From Trueperaceae bacterium (lineage in GTDB: Bacteria > Deinococcota > Deinococci > Deinococcales > Trueperaceae), in contig JBOFGY010000135.1 of assembly GCA_051649365.1 (NCBI GenBank), positions 9,842-73,841 of the forward strand: DNA of 64,000 bases, read 5' to 3'. The position numbers and the translations under genes were made by a program. The notes under the pieces were generated by a model. That model saw only the letters and a list, made by a program, of their open reading frames with translations. It was not told the DNA's origin and made no database searches. Positions 53,731 through 63,764 of the stretch are shown piece by piece (positions within the stretch are counted from its first letter, which is position 1; each line of letters begins with the position of its first letter).

Positions 53731-54153
53731 TTGCATATCAAATGTATGCTAGTTGCCATGCCAGACGTTTGCTCGAGACAAGATATCGCCCTAGTCGTAG
53801 ACACTTTTTACAGCAAAGCTACAGAAGACGAAACCATCGGCTATCTTTTTGAAGGGTTGGATTTGCTAAAGCATCTACCAACCCTTCACGACTTTTGGGA
53901 AAACATGTTATTTCGCACAGGTAAATACAAAGGTGGGATGATGTACAAGCACTTTGCGCTGAATGCACGTAAGCCACTCGAGCTAAAACATTTTGAGCGG
54001 TGGCTCGAGTTATTCACGCAAACCATTGACGAACATTTTTCAGGGGATAATGCTAACCGTATGAAACAGTTTGCTAACTCTATTGCTAGCACGATGCAGG
54101 AGCGAATTCTGCAAGTGCCAGAAGTACCTATTACCTTTCGTTCTAGTGTCTAA
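53731..54153 (+). CDS. group III truncated hemoglobin-like globin
   Basis: [23 protein letters not shown]...[21 protein letters not shown]...HFERWLELF fits the pattern. The real start is probably ATG 53758 (MPDV...). Confidence 0.65.
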   Translation: MHIKCMLVAMPDVCSRQDIALVVDTFYSKATEDETIGYLFEGLDLLKHLPTLHDFWENMLFRTGKYKGGMMYKHFALNARKPLELKHFERWLELFTQTIDEHFSGDNANRMKQFANSIASTMQERILQVPEVPITFRSSV

Positions 54154-55669
54154 AATGCCGCATCCCTGTCATCACCATCACTAAGCCGTGTTCATCTGCT
54201 GTGGCAATAATTTCATTATCTTTCACAGAGCCGCCAGGTTGAATCACTGCGCTGATGCCAGATTGCGCCGCAACATCTAAGCCATCACGGAACGGAAAGA
54301 AGGCATCACTCGCACAGGCTCCATCCTTAGCGCGTCCAGCTGCTTTTTTGACGGCAATCTCTACAGAATCTACGCGGCTTTGTTGTCCTGCGGCAATGCC
54401 TACTGCTTGTCCAGCTTTGGCAAGGACGATAGCGTTTGACTTGGTGTAAGCGCATACGAGCCAAGCGAGTTCCATATCTTGCCACTGTGCTTCTGTTGGC
54501 TGCGCTTTGCTGACGACGCTCCAGCCTGAGCGGTCGTGTAAAACTTTATCGCTTTGCTGTACCAAGAAGCCTGCATCTATGCGGCGCAGCTCGAGCGTAT
54601 CTCGCTGAGGTTTTTTCGCTTCAATGACACGCATGTTTTTACGTTTGGTTTTGAAGAGTTCTAAACCTTCTGCGTCAAAACTTGGAGCAATTAAAACATC
54701 TGCTTTGGGATTGGCGGCCAGTTCTTTGGCAAGGTCTAAACTCACAGGTTGATTTAGTGCGACGATGCCACCAAAGGCAGATTTTGGGTCGCATTCAAAG
54801 GCACGTTCGTAGGCACGTTCGATGCGCGTGTCTATTGCAACACCACAGGGGTTCGCGTGTTTCACAATAACGCAGGCAGCTTCTGTAAATTCGTGAGCGA
54901 GTTGCCAGGCAGCTTCTGCGTCAAAGATGTTTAAGTAAGATAGTGCAATGCCGCTATGTTGCACTGCGCTATCCCACCAACCCGTTTTGCTCGTTTCGCG
55001 GTAGCGTGCGCCGACTTGGTGTGGGTTTTCGCCGTAGCGTAGTTCTTGCGTTTTCTCGAGGCTCAAATGTAGAGAAGGAGGCAGCATCGTGTCACGGTCT
55101 AGCCATGTCACAATCGCTGCGTCGTAGGTGGCGGTGTGTGCAAAGGCTTTGCGGGCTAGCTCGAGTCTTAGTTCGCAGGTTACGCCGTTCGTAAGAGCTT
55201 CGGCTACACTGTCGTAATCACTAGGGTCAACGAGTACCAATACCCCTTCATGATTTTTTGCTGCTGCGCGAATCATGGCGGGCCCACCAATATCAATATT
55301 TTCAATCGCTTCTTCCATCGTGACGTTGGGTTTTACTATCGTCTCACGGAAGGGATAAAGATTCACGACCACAACATCAATTGGGCTAATGCTGTGGTCA
55401 TTAAGTGTGGCTAGATGTTCGGGTGTGCGCTTGGCAAGGATGCCGCCATGAATGTTTGGGTGGAGCGTTTTCACACGGCCTTCTAAAATTTCGGGTAAAC
55501 CCGTAACCTCAGAAACTTTTTTTACCGCTAAGCCTGCGTGATGCAAGGTGGTGTAGGTGCCACCCGTTGACACGAGTTCAAAGCCGAGGGTGAGAAGTTT
55601 TTGTGCAAAGGGAACAAGACCTGTTTTATTAGAAACGCTAAGAAGTGCCCTGGGTTGGTGTAAAGACAT
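54143..55669 (-). CDS. purH: bifunctional AICAR transformylase / IMP cyclohydrolase
   Basis: [16 protein letters not shown]...STGGT...GRVKTLHP...C-terminal [12 protein letters not shown] 55669 is preferred, because the TTG at 55687 overlaps the upstream terminator. Confidence 0.95.
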   Translation of the reverse strand: MSLHQPRALLSVSNKTGLVPFAQKLLTLGFELVSTGGTYTTLHHAGLAVKKVSEVTGLPEILEGRVKTLHPNIHGGILAKRTPEHLATLNDHSISPIDVVVVNLYPFRETIVKPNVTMEEAIENIDIGGPAMIRAAAKNHEGVLVLVDPSDYDSVAEALTNGVTCELRLELARKAFAHTATYDAAIVTWLDRDTMLPPSLHLSLEKTQELRYGENPHQVGARYRETSKTGWWDSAVQHSGIALSYLNIFDAEAAWQLAHEFTEAACVIVKHANPCGVAIDTRIERAYERAFECDPKSAFGGIVALNQPVSLDLAKELAANPKADVLIAPSFDAEGLELFKTKRKNMRVIEAKKPQRDTLELRRIDAGFLVQQSDKVLHDRSGWSVVSKAQPTEAQWQDMELAWLVCAYTKSNAIVLAKAGQAVGIAAGQQSRVDSVEIAVKKAAGRAKDGACASDAFFPFRDGLDVAAQSGISAVIQPGGSVKDNEIIATADEHGLVMVMTGMRHFRH

Positions 55670-55685
55670 AGTGGTGTAGTTTAAC

Positions 55686-55721
55686 AAAAAATCCGAGCGC
55701 GTTTGTGCGCTCGGATTTTTT
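55686..55721 (-). terminator. strong intrinsic terminator (symmetric A/T flanks)
   Basis: AAAAAATCCGAGCGC-GTTTGT-GCGCTCGGATTTTTT has a 9-bp GC-rich stem. It lies directly after the ppiD-like stop. Confidence 0.85.
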
Positions 55722-55737
55722 GATCATTGAGACGAAC

Positions 55738-57954
55738 TTAGTTGCCAGTTGTTTTTGTTTCAGTGGTTGTTGCATCTTCAGCAGGAGCTTCGTTAGTTGT
55801 TTCTGTCTCTGGGGTTGTTTCAATTTCTGGAGTTGCTTGTTCACCGGCTGCACCTTCGGTTGCGGGAGGAGCTTCAGTTTCTGGAGTTGCTTCGGATGTG
55901 GGTGCTTCCTCTGTGGCTGGAGCAGTTTCGCCCTCGGTAGTACTTGTTCCTTCAGCACCTTCGCTTGGTGTGGCTTCTCCAGTTGGTGCAGTTTCTGTTG
56001 CATCCGTTGGTGCAGGTGTTGCGCTACCATCTGCTTCACCTTCTGGTGCCACTTCGCCCTCTGGGAGTGGTGTGGTTTCAAAGGTGGGTGTGGGTGCAGC
56101 TTCAGTAGGGGGTGGAGTTACGCTGGCGAGTAAGTTTTCAACAGGAATCGTTTTCTTCAAGTCCTCGAGCCAAGTTGTTTGCAACTCGTTACGTTTTTCG
56201 TTGAGAACATCTGCTTCGACGGTAGCCTTGACTTCCTCGAAAGGGCGCACCCTCGATTCCGTACGTGTACCCACGAGAACGACATAAACCTCTTTAGCTT
56301 CTTGTGTCGCTGGGTCGGCGGCGGCTTCCTCACCCTCTGCGGGTTGTTCGACGGGCTCTTGAACAACGAGAATATCTGAAATATTTTCCTCGCTGTTAGG
56401 CAAGGTTTCAAAGGCCTCTGTACCGAAAAGGGCGGTGTCGAGTTCGGTGGGTAACGTCCCAGGTTGTACCGTGCCTAGGTCTGCGACAATGCCGCCATTT
56501 GCTTCGGCGGTGGCTTGCAACTCACCGCCAGCCAGCATGGTCGTGCGAAATGCGCTAGCAGCTTCTTGGGTGGTGAAGTTAATGCGGTTAGCTACAGCAC
56601 TTGGTGGAATGGTAAAGCGCGTTGCAACATTTTCGTCGTAGTATTTCTGCACGTCTTCAGGTGTGATGGCTGCATCTTTAGAAACGTGTTGCAAGGCTTG
56701 TTGTGCAATTTGATTTTTGCTACCAAAGAAGTTGGTATTAGGGAGTTGTTTCGAGCCTTGGAACGCGACTTCACGGTCAATGAGTTGCTCGAGATAACTC
56801 GGCTTAAAAATTCCGGTGACAATTTGCTCCATGCCCGGTTGCAAGGACTGCTGGATTTGCTGGGACTGATAGACCACGCTAACAAGTTCAGACTTTTTAA
56901 TTTCACTGTCACCAACTTTGGCAACTGTGGGGTCGTCGAGAGTTAAGACGCTGCCTTTGGGGATAGAGACTTGGGCTTTCACGCGGAGGTCTTCAAAGGT
57001 AGTCTCGAGTACACCCTCTTTTTTGGACTCGAGTGCGGCTTCTGCTACTTCTTCGCGAACTTCTTCGAGGGGACGAGCGACGGAGGGTACAAACTCTTCG
57101 ACGTTAACGATATAGAACTTTTCATTAGCAGAAATAACATCGGTGATACCCGCACCTTGAAGACCAAAGGCCGCTTGCGATACAGTGCCAGGGAGCGCAG
57201 CTGCGCCAACAGGTTGTGGGTCAGTGCTGCCACTAGCTGCACCTAAAGCACCATTGCGGTCTGCTAAGTCTTCGGAGTTATCTTTGGCAAGTGTGCCAAA
57301 GTCTTCGCCTGCTTTGGCCTTGGCTAAGATTTCATCAGCTTTGGCCCTATCAGAAACGACGATTTGGCGGGCTTTGATTTTTTCTTCACTCTTGTAATTG
57401 TCTTGATTAAGGTTGTAAAACGCTTCAACCTCTGCGTCCGACACGCTGACATCTTTAGTGAGTTCGTCACGATAACGCTCGAAACGCAGTTGCTCGCGCC
57501 AGTAATCGCGGAAGGTGGCATCATTAAAGCCATATTGACTGATGAGATTGAGGTATTGCGTGTCATTGCTAGCTCCAGCAATGTTATTTTCTTCGCGGAA
57601 CTGGTTTACCCTTGCCCGCACATCGCTATCAGACACGCGCATTTTGCTAGCGGCTTGTTCGGCGAGTTGATTGCGAATAAGACTATCCGTGAGGAGTAAT
57701 TTCAGGTCATCGCCGACCTCACCCTCAAAATTGAGGTTAAAAGGCGGGTTTTGCTGGATTTGAGCGACCTCGAGGCTATACACAGTTTCGCCGTTTACGA
57801 CAAGCGCAGGTTCGCCCTGCTGGTCAGCTTGAGTTCCCGTGCCACCGCCAAAAAGCCCGTTGAGCGTCGGGGTGAATGCAATCAGCATACTGATGAGCAG
57901 GCCAATAATAATCAGCCAGAAAATTGCCTGGGTACGTTTACTTTTTTTCGTCAT
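55738..57954 (-). CDS. PpiD/SurA-N-type periplasmic chaperone with a parvulin PPIase domain and a long Thr/Glu/Ala/Pro tail
   Basis: N-terminal anchor AIFWLIIIGLLISMLIAF. A SurA_N-like region and a rotamase region (KARQIVV...). The last ~120 aa are low complexity. Confidence 0.75.
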   Translation of the reverse strand: MTKKSKRTQAIFWLIIIGLLISMLIAFTPTLNGLFGGGTGTQADQQGEPALVVNGETVYSLEVAQIQQNPPFNLNFEGEVGDDLKLLLTDSLIRNQLAEQAASKMRVSDSDVRARVNQFREENNIAGASNDTQYLNLISQYGFNDATFRDYWREQLRFERYRDELTKDVSVSDAEVEAFYNLNQDNYKSEEKIKARQIVVSDRAKADEILAKAKAGEDFGTLAKDNSEDLADRNGALGAASGSTDPQPVGAAALPGTVSQAAFGLQGAGITDVISANEKFYIVNVEEFVPSVARPLEEVREEVAEAALESKKEGVLETTFEDLRVKAQVSIPKGSVLTLDDPTVAKVGDSEIKKSELVSVVYQSQQIQQSLQPGMEQIVTGIFKPSYLEQLIDREVAFQGSKQLPNTNFFGSKNQIAQQALQHVSKDAAITPEDVQKYYDENVATRFTIPPSAVANRINFTTQEAASAFRTTMLAGGELQATAEANGGIVADLGTVQPGTLPTELDTALFGTEAFETLPNSEENISDILVVQEPVEQPAEGEEAAADPATQEAKEVYVVLVGTRTESRVRPFEEVKATVEADVLNEKRNELQTTWLEDLKKTIPVENLLASVTPPPTEAAPTPTFETTPLPEGEVAPEGEADGSATPAPTDATETAPTGEATPSEGAEGTSTTEGETAPATEEAPTSEATPETEAPPATEGAAGEQATPEIETTPETETTNEAPAEDATTTETKTTGN

Positions 57955-58070
57955 GGTGGTCTTGCCTCCTACGGTTCAAGGTTTTTTCAAAGGTTTTCTG
58001 AGGGTGGATTTACTGCTATACTCTCTGGGACTTACCCAAAAAGGGTAATGCCCCGAAAAGGGAATACTTC

Positions 58071-58148
58071 GCGCCCGTAGCTCAGTTTGGATAGAGCGAC
58101 AGCCTCCGGAGCTGTAGGCCACAGGTTCGACTCCTGTCGGGCGCACCA
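58071..58148 (+). tRNA. tRNA-Arg (anticodon CCG), CCA encoded
   Basis: The cloverleaf folds by hand: acceptor GCGCCCG/CGGGCGC, D stem GCTC/GAGC, anticodon stem ACAGC/GCTGT with loop CTCCGGA, T stem ACAGG/CCTGT with loop TTCGACT. Confidence 0.9.
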
Positions 58149-58362
58149 TCTCGAGTACCCTAATTGTCTACACCCTGTACGTTATCTATTCCCTTGTCGT
58201 TTATCCAACCTCATCCAACCTCGTTTCGTCCTTAAGTGTGGTGTTCTCATGTAGCAAGCTACATGGATTGTCGGGCTTTTACAGCCCACTTTCGACAGCA
58301 AACGCAAGTTTAGCATGGAGTCGCGGGGGATGGTAAAGCCTGAGATGAGGGTGAAATGGGAG

Positions 58363-59133
58363 TTAAAGTCGCTCAACAAAGCCAAAGTGGAAAAGGTACT
58401 TCTTGTGTCCTCGTTTCTGATGTTCCTCCTGACTAAGTTTTTTAGACTCTTCTATGATGCTGAGCTGTAGCTCGAGCATGACTTTCGTGTAACGGCGAAA
58501 CGCTTCGGGCTCGAGATGAAACGTTCCCCAATTGTTAAGCCCGTCATCAAGGTCTTTGTAACTGTAATCGTTGTAACTGTAGTCGTTTGTGTGTCGCTCG
58601 AGTTGTCGCTCCTCAATAGAAACTCTGCGCCCTCTTGGTGGGATATGAAAATAGCGGAGTTGCAAGTGTTCGGCATTCTTCAGGAGTTGCTGGGCCATCG
58701 AGGCAAGAAAAAGTTGCCAGTCTACCTGAAAGAGTCCTGAAAGTAATTTAATATATTGATCGTGTGAAATGGCAGCTAGCGGCACGATAAATATATCGCT
58801 AACCGTTTGGTAATATTTAATAGGGCGACCTTGCCTTGCTTCGCTTCGAGTTTCTTGGATAAAGCCAAGCTCGAGCAAGACCTTAACCCAATAGCTCATG
58901 ACATTAAGTTTGACCCCCACCTCTTGGGCTGCTTCTCTTAAAGAGCATTCTGCTTTCAAAAAAGGGTCTAAATACTGCATTTTTTCCCCATTACAAAGGA
59001 AAGCGACCCGTTTTTCATCCGTAATCTCGAGGGGAGTTCTAGTCAGAATAAGGTCTTTCATTTGAAGTAGGCTACCATTTAGGCTACCCTCAGATTTAGA
59101 CAAATCACAACATTGATTGTCGTTTGTCCACAT
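58363..59133 (-). CDS. winged-helix (ArsR-like HTH) domain protein, hypothetical
   Basis: CSLREAAQEVGVKLNVMSYWVKVLLELGFIQE...RPIKYY looks like a wHTH. The start is ambiguous (59133, 59061 or 59190). The 5' part of the ORF-track model overlaps the divergent lipoprotein gene. Confidence 0.45.
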   Translation of the reverse strand: MWTNDNQCCDLSKSEGSLNGSLLQMKDLILTRTPLEITDEKRVAFLCNGEKMQYLDPFLKAECSLREAAQEVGVKLNVMSYWVKVLLELGFIQETRSEARQGRPIKYYQTVSDIFIVPLAAISHDQYIKLLSGLFQVDWQLFLASMAQQLLKNAEHLQLRYFHIPPRGRRVSIEERQLERHTNDYSYNDYSYKDLDDGLNNWGTFHLEPEAFRRYTKVMLELQLSIIEESKKLSQEEHQKRGHKKYLFHFGFVERL

Positions 59134-59188
59134 CTTGTAGTGATAGAGCCAACCTTGGCTACTGCCTACTATTTTTGGGAGGAAATAC

Positions 59189-60088
59189 ATGAAACGTTTT
59201 CTACTACGTTTTGCTCTGTTCTTTGCTGTGTTGTTCCTTGCTGCCTGTGACTCGAGCACAACCACCACAACCCCTGATACCAATACCCCCGAGGAGCAGC
59301 CAGACGTGCCTGCTGCAAGTCCCATCGTAGGAACCTGGGAAGGTGTACAAAGCTACGAGTCAGGCGAAACGTTGCCCCGTCGCTTTGTCATCGAGGAGAC
59401 AAGTCTAGGTGTTTACGAGTCTTCTGTATTCGTCTGTGGCGAAGAATTTGGCGAGAGCTGTGATTCGGGTGCAGATGTCATTCTTGCAACGGTAACGGTA
59501 GAAGGTAATGAGGTCACAATTAGTTATGTCGAAGCGGGTGAAACGTTTAGTGGAGCCGTAACAATTATAGGAACTTTAGTGGGTGATACCATCACTGGTG
59601 AGATAAGCGCGGCAACCACTGAGGGTATTTATGTTGGAACAATTACGATAAACAAAGCGAGCGATTACACACCAGGCAACCCCGTAGATGATGAACCTGT
59701 AGATGATGAACCTGAAGGACCAATAGATAATGACGCAGTTGTTGGTACTTGGGAAGGAACAGCAACCTATATCTCAGGGGAGTCCTTAGCACGTCGTTAC
59801 ACCGTTACAAAAACAGAAGACGGCACCTACAATGCAGAAGTGTTTGCGTGTAGCACAGGATTTGGTGATAGTTGCGCGAGTGTTCAGATTGTAGCGATTA
59901 GTGTAGATGGTAGCGAAGTAGTAATGACGTATGTCGAGACCACCGAACTTTCTTCTGCAACCGTGACGATTGTAGGAATGCTCGAGGGCGATGCCATTAC
60001 AGGAGACATAACCGTAGTTTCGGGTGATGCAAGTGCTGCAGTAATCACTGGTACAGTGATACTAAACAAAGTTGTAAGTACGCAGTAA
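59189..60088 (+). CDS. lipoprotein with two ~135-aa internal repeats
   Basis: The lipobox is LFLAAC. Two modules start at VGTWEGVQSYESGETLPRRF and VGTWEGTATYISGESLARRY, each with VF.CG/S..FG.SC and V.I.G.L.GD.ITG.I. Confidence 0.6.
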   Translation: MKRFLLRFALFFAVLFLAACDSSTTTTTPDTNTPEEQPDVPAASPIVGTWEGVQSYESGETLPRRFVIEETSLGVYESSVFVCGEEFGESCDSGADVILATVTVEGNEVTISYVEAGETFSGAVTIIGTLVGDTITGEISAATTEGIYVGTITINKASDYTPGNPVDDEPVDDEPEGPIDNDAVVGTWEGTATYISGESLARRYTVTKTEDGTYNAEVFACSTGFGDSCASVQIVAISVDGSEVVMTYVETTELSSATVTIVGMLEGDAITGDITVVSGDASAAVITGTVILNKVVSTQ

Positions 60089-60162
60089 CGAAGAGGCAGA
60101 AAGCAAAGATTTGAACCTTTCAGAGCTTTACGTTAATCAATATATTCCATAAAGAATACAAC

Positions 60163-60207
60163 AAAAAAAGATGGCCTAGCAGTGGAGTATCACCAGGCCA
60201 TCTTTTT
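60163..60207. terminator. bidirectional terminator between convergent genes
   Basis: AAAAAAAGATGGCCT...AGGCCATCTTTTT has an 8-bp stem flanked by A- and T-runs. Confidence 0.75.
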
Positions 60208-60215
60208 ATAACGTT

Positions 60216-61238
60216 TTAAGTATGAACCGCTTGCTTCACAGCACCTTTCGCAATCAGGTATTCACCAATCTGCACCGCATTCAGCGCAGCACCTTTACGA
60301 ATTTGGTCACCTGAAACAAAGAAGGCAAGGCCGCCAGGATTACTGCTATCTTCGCGGATGCGCCCAACAAAGCAATCATCTTTGCCACTCGTGTCGAGGG
60401 GCATAGGAAAAGTGTTATTGGCACGGTCATCCATAATTTGCAAGCCTTCTGCTTTTGCCAAAACATCGCGAGCTTCTTTTTCGGTGACAGGACGTTTGAA
60501 CTCGGCATGGATGGCTTCACTGTGGGCGCGAAACACTGGCACGCGCACGCAGGTGGCACTCACGCGCAGAGAATCATCCCCTAAAATTTTGCGGGTCTCG
60601 AGCAACAACTTTTTCTCTTCGACGTTGTAACCATCTTCGCCCATTTCTGAGTCGTGGCTAAAAAGATTAAAGGCAATTTGATGTTTGAATTTATTTTTGG
60701 TAACCGCTTTACCCTGCAAAAATTCTTTTGTCTGATTTTCTAATTCACTGATGCCTTGTTGCCCGGCCCCTGAAACCGCTTGATAGGTTGCAACCGTTGC
60801 ACGGGTCAAACCAAAGGCGCGGTGGAGTGGTGCGAGAGCCATGAGCGCGATAATCGTTGAGCAATTCGGATTAGCAATTACGCCCTGATGTTTAAGAGCT
60901 GCCTCACCATTGACTTCTGGAATCACGAGTGGGGCGCGTGGGTCCATGCGCCAGGCACTGGTGTTGTCAATGACGATGGCACCGTGTTTAGCCCAGTTCC
61001 AAGCATGAGCTTTGGAAATGCTGCCACCCGCCGAAGAGAAAACAATATCGGATTCTACATTACCGTCTTCGGGCATGACTTTGACAGTAAGTTCTTTACC
61101 ACGAAACATAATTTTCTTGCCTGCCGAACGCTCGGAGGCAAACAGCGTGAGCGTCGTGAGGGGAAAATTCCGTTCTGTAAGTAAATCCAAAAACTCTTGC
61201 CCGACGGCACCCGTGGCTCCAACAATCGCTACACGCAT
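60216..61238 (-). CDS. asd: aspartate-semialdehyde dehydrogenase
   Basis: MRVAIVGATGAVGQEF..., active-site context NPNCSTI, 340 aa. Confidence 0.95.
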   Translation of the reverse strand: MRVAIVGATGAVGQEFLDLLTERNFPLTTLTLFASERSAGKKIMFRGKELTVKVMPEDGNVESDIVFSSAGGSISKAHAWNWAKHGAIVIDNTSAWRMDPRAPLVIPEVNGEAALKHQGVIANPNCSTIIALMALAPLHRAFGLTRATVATYQAVSGAGQQGISELENQTKEFLQGKAVTKNKFKHQIAFNLFSHDSEMGEDGYNVEEKKLLLETRKILGDDSLRVSATCVRVPVFRAHSEAIHAEFKRPVTEKEARDVLAKAEGLQIMDDRANNTFPMPLDTSGKDDCFVGRIREDSSNPGGLAFFVSGDQIRKGAALNAVQIGEYLIAKGAVKQAVHT

Positions 61239-61488
61239 AAAGGCTCCTTTGCTAGCTCATAGCATTCAGCTATCAGCCGTCAGCTAACTAAAAGTCTGAC
61301 GAGCTAAGAGTTTAGCACGAGCCACAGAGTGAAAGGGTTAACTTTAGGCTGAAAGGTTATTTTAAGCCTTAACCCTGGAATTGTTTGGAAGATTTCATAG
61401 ATTTAGGGCAGGAATGCCCTCGAGATTGTAATAAGTGCTAGATTCCGTTAGTGTCTCAGCAAGATTGGCTTTAGCCCCTTGTCATTGT

Positions 61489-61545
61489 TTGCAAAGTACA
61501 CGACTGGTTGCAAAGTACACTATTGTTTGCAAAGTACACTACTGG
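61489..61545. repeat. 19-bp tandem repeat x3 upstream of asd
   Basis: TTGCAAAGTACACGACTGG / TTGCAAAGTACACTATTGT / TTGCAAAGTACACTACTGG. The core TTGCAAAGTACAC sits at 61489, 61508 and 61527. Confidence 0.85.
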
Positions 61546-61612
61546 CAATGGGATGCAGTCCGTTGGTTGCTGACACTTCTGTCATCGAAATGCATTTTGA
61601 TGTAGGTGAAAA

Positions 61613-61888
61613 TTAATTTGGCAATGCAATTTTTGGCAAAACAATATTCTCCCAATGTTCTTGCTCGAGCATTGTCCCAATCGCTTTACTGATATTGTCT
61701 GTCGAAGCTTTTATTTCGTGGTCGGCCATGGCATTAGGGTCAATGCCTTTAAGGCGGCAGAGCAACCCAAAATAAGATACGAGGGCCTGACGTTTAATGT
61801 CTTCTTCCGTTTTACCTTGCAACCGCGCCACTTTAATCTCGAGGTAGATAATCTCGTGCGCGAGCGTTGCGGTAATATCGGTGCTCAT
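61613..61888 (-). CDS. hypothetical protein (91 aa)
   Basis: ORF only. No recognisable family. Confidence 0.35.
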   Translation of the reverse strand: MSTDITATLAHEIIYLEIKVARLQGKTEEDIKRQALVSYFGLLCRLKGIDPNAMADHEIKASTDNISKAIGTMLEQEHWENIVLPKIALPN

Positions 61889-61999
61889 GATTTAGTGTAA
61901 AACGACAGTTCAAAAAATGCAGTGAGGAAAGTACGAAGGCTAAAAGCCGAGGTAAGACGTAAGCTGCCAAGGTTAGACGTAAGACATAAATATGACGTT

Positions 62000-63568
62000 T
62001 TACATTTCACGTTTCACGTTTTGAGTTAAGCCCACACCATTCACAATTGCACCTGCCACTAGCAGCACGACGCACGCCCCCATTGCTAAGTGAAAAGCTC
62101 GAAGCGACGATGCTCTTGCTGCGCTTGCAAGGATGGGGTCTACATTGTCCGCAGGTTTATTTAGGGGGGCAAGCTGTTGGCGAAGTTCGGGTGTGATGCT
62201 CGAGTTGGTGCGCGCTGCTAAATTGCTGTAAAACGCTGTGGTGATAAGCACGAAAATAAGTGCGCCTGCAAGCTGTGGCCCGACACGGCTTACCGCGTTG
62301 TTGATGGCAGAGCCTAGCCCGGTTCGCTCTTTTGGAACCGAAGCCATCAGCCCTGTGGTTAAGGGTGCCACCAGCAGTGTAAGGCCTAGAGCGTAAAGGA
62401 CGATGGCAGGAAACACATCACGCCAGTAACCTAGAGACGGCCACAAAGTGCTAGGGGTGGCAAGCTGTGCTGTCCAAGCTGTGCTGTCGCCAGGTAGGCG
62501 CAAAAGCCAGGCGAGTCCTAAAGCCATGAGGAATGGCCCAAGTGTAAGAAAAAAACGTAAGCCCAAACGTTTAACGAGCGAACCAACCCGTGCGGAAAAT
62601 AAAGTGAGCAAAACACTGACGGGTAAATTCACTGCGCCAGCTGCGAGTGCGCTGTAGTCTAGCGTCCCTTGAAAGAAAATCGCTTGGTAATAACCGCTCA
62701 CATAAAGCGCACCGTAAATCAAAAAGGTTGAAAGGTTGATAACCGCAAAATTTCGTGAGGTGAATAAGGTCAAAGGAACCAGTGGATTTTTGCTGCGCCG
62801 CATCAGTGGAATAAAAACGAGTGTTGCTACAGCACCAACAGCAAGTGCTATGAATGCGAGTGGGTCTTGCCAATTTCGCTCTTGTCCGAAAATACCACCG
62901 AAGGCTAAGCCACCCACAGCAAGTGCAATCACGAAGGCACCCACATAATCGAATTGACTCGAAGCAGCCTCATTCTTGCTTTCAGGAATATGACGCAGGG
63001 CATAAAGTGAAACAAGAAGAAGCGGTACGTTGATTAAAAACCCCACACGCCAACCGAGCGTATCTACCAGCGCACCACCAACCAGAGGCCCCAGCAGCGT
63101 CATCGCTGCAGAAGACGCAGACCAAATGCCAAAAGCTCTCCCTTGATCTTCTTCAGGAAAACTCGAGCCAATGAGCGCGAGTGAGCCAGGGACGAGAAGT
63201 GCGCCGGCTACACCTTGCAAGACACGTCCTACAATGAGCCAATCCATAGTTGGCGCAAAGCCACACAGCACAGAGGTTAAACCAAAGCCCCACAGACCGA
63301 TGGCGTAGATTTTTTTTCGTCCATAATAATCGGAGAGTGCACCCGCTAAAACCAGTAGGGAAGAGAGTGAAAGCAAGTAACCGTTATAGACGTAAGATTG
63401 GGCCTCGAGTACACCAAAAACATTGGAACTTAGTTCTTGTCCAATGCGCGGCAGGGCGACATTCACCACCGTCGAATCTAAAAACACGACACCCGAAGCC
63501 AGCACGGTTGCAACAAGTGTCCAGCGTTGCGAAGTTGTCATGGTTGTTCTCGTCGTAGTCTTTGCCAT
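62000..63568 (-). CDS. MFS transporter, DHA2 (EmrB/QacA-like, 14-TM) family
   Basis: 522 aa. LDSTVVNVALPRI and GRKKIYAIGL motifs, with about 14 hydrophobic segments. Confidence 0.85.
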   Translation of the reverse strand: MAKTTTRTTMTTSQRWTLVATVLASGVVFLDSTVVNVALPRIGQELSSNVFGVLEAQSYVYNGYLLSLSSLLVLAGALSDYYGRKKIYAIGLWGFGLTSVLCGFAPTMDWLIVGRVLQGVAGALLVPGSLALIGSSFPEEDQGRAFGIWSASSAAMTLLGPLVGGALVDTLGWRVGFLINVPLLLVSLYALRHIPESKNEAASSQFDYVGAFVIALAVGGLAFGGIFGQERNWQDPLAFIALAVGAVATLVFIPLMRRSKNPLVPLTLFTSRNFAVINLSTFLIYGALYVSGYYQAIFFQGTLDYSALAAGAVNLPVSVLLTLFSARVGSLVKRLGLRFFLTLGPFLMALGLAWLLRLPGDSTAWTAQLATPSTLWPSLGYWRDVFPAIVLYALGLTLLVAPLTTGLMASVPKERTGLGSAINNAVSRVGPQLAGALIFVLITTAFYSNLAARTNSSITPELRQQLAPLNKPADNVDPILASAARASSLRAFHLAMGACVVLLVAGAIVNGVGLTQNVKREM

Positions 63569-63764
63569 GCCTGTAGGCTAACTCGAGAGTGTAAGTTCTT
63601 TTGTTTACGAAGACCGTGCGTGGAGTATTTCATGCCTTTAACAGCTTGATTAACCATCAGCCGTCAGTAAAAGCAAAAGCCTTTGTCTAACAGCTGATGG
63701 CTGACAGCTTTTAGAGCTTTGTTTAAGGTTTGTCTGTAAAAAAACTTCTTCATCTCGTAAAGGT

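Noticed and set aside
55705-56287. + strand ORFs (55705..56133 and 55742..56287) and minus ORF 55638..56081 over the ppiD-like 3' end
   Set aside because: They are generated by the low-complexity Thr/Glu/Ala/Pro-coding region. Only the 738-aa frame is continuous with recognisable chaperone/PPIase domains.
58149-60088. Genomic island integrated at tRNA-Arg
   Set aside because: I saw no integrase, no direct repeat of the tRNA 3' end and no clear compositional shift. It is kept only as a low-interest note.
1430-61545. Tandem repeats and heptamer arrays considered as CRISPR arrays
   Set aside because: The units are 7-22 bp and directly abutting, with no unique spacers of 25-40 bp. No cas genes are in the window.
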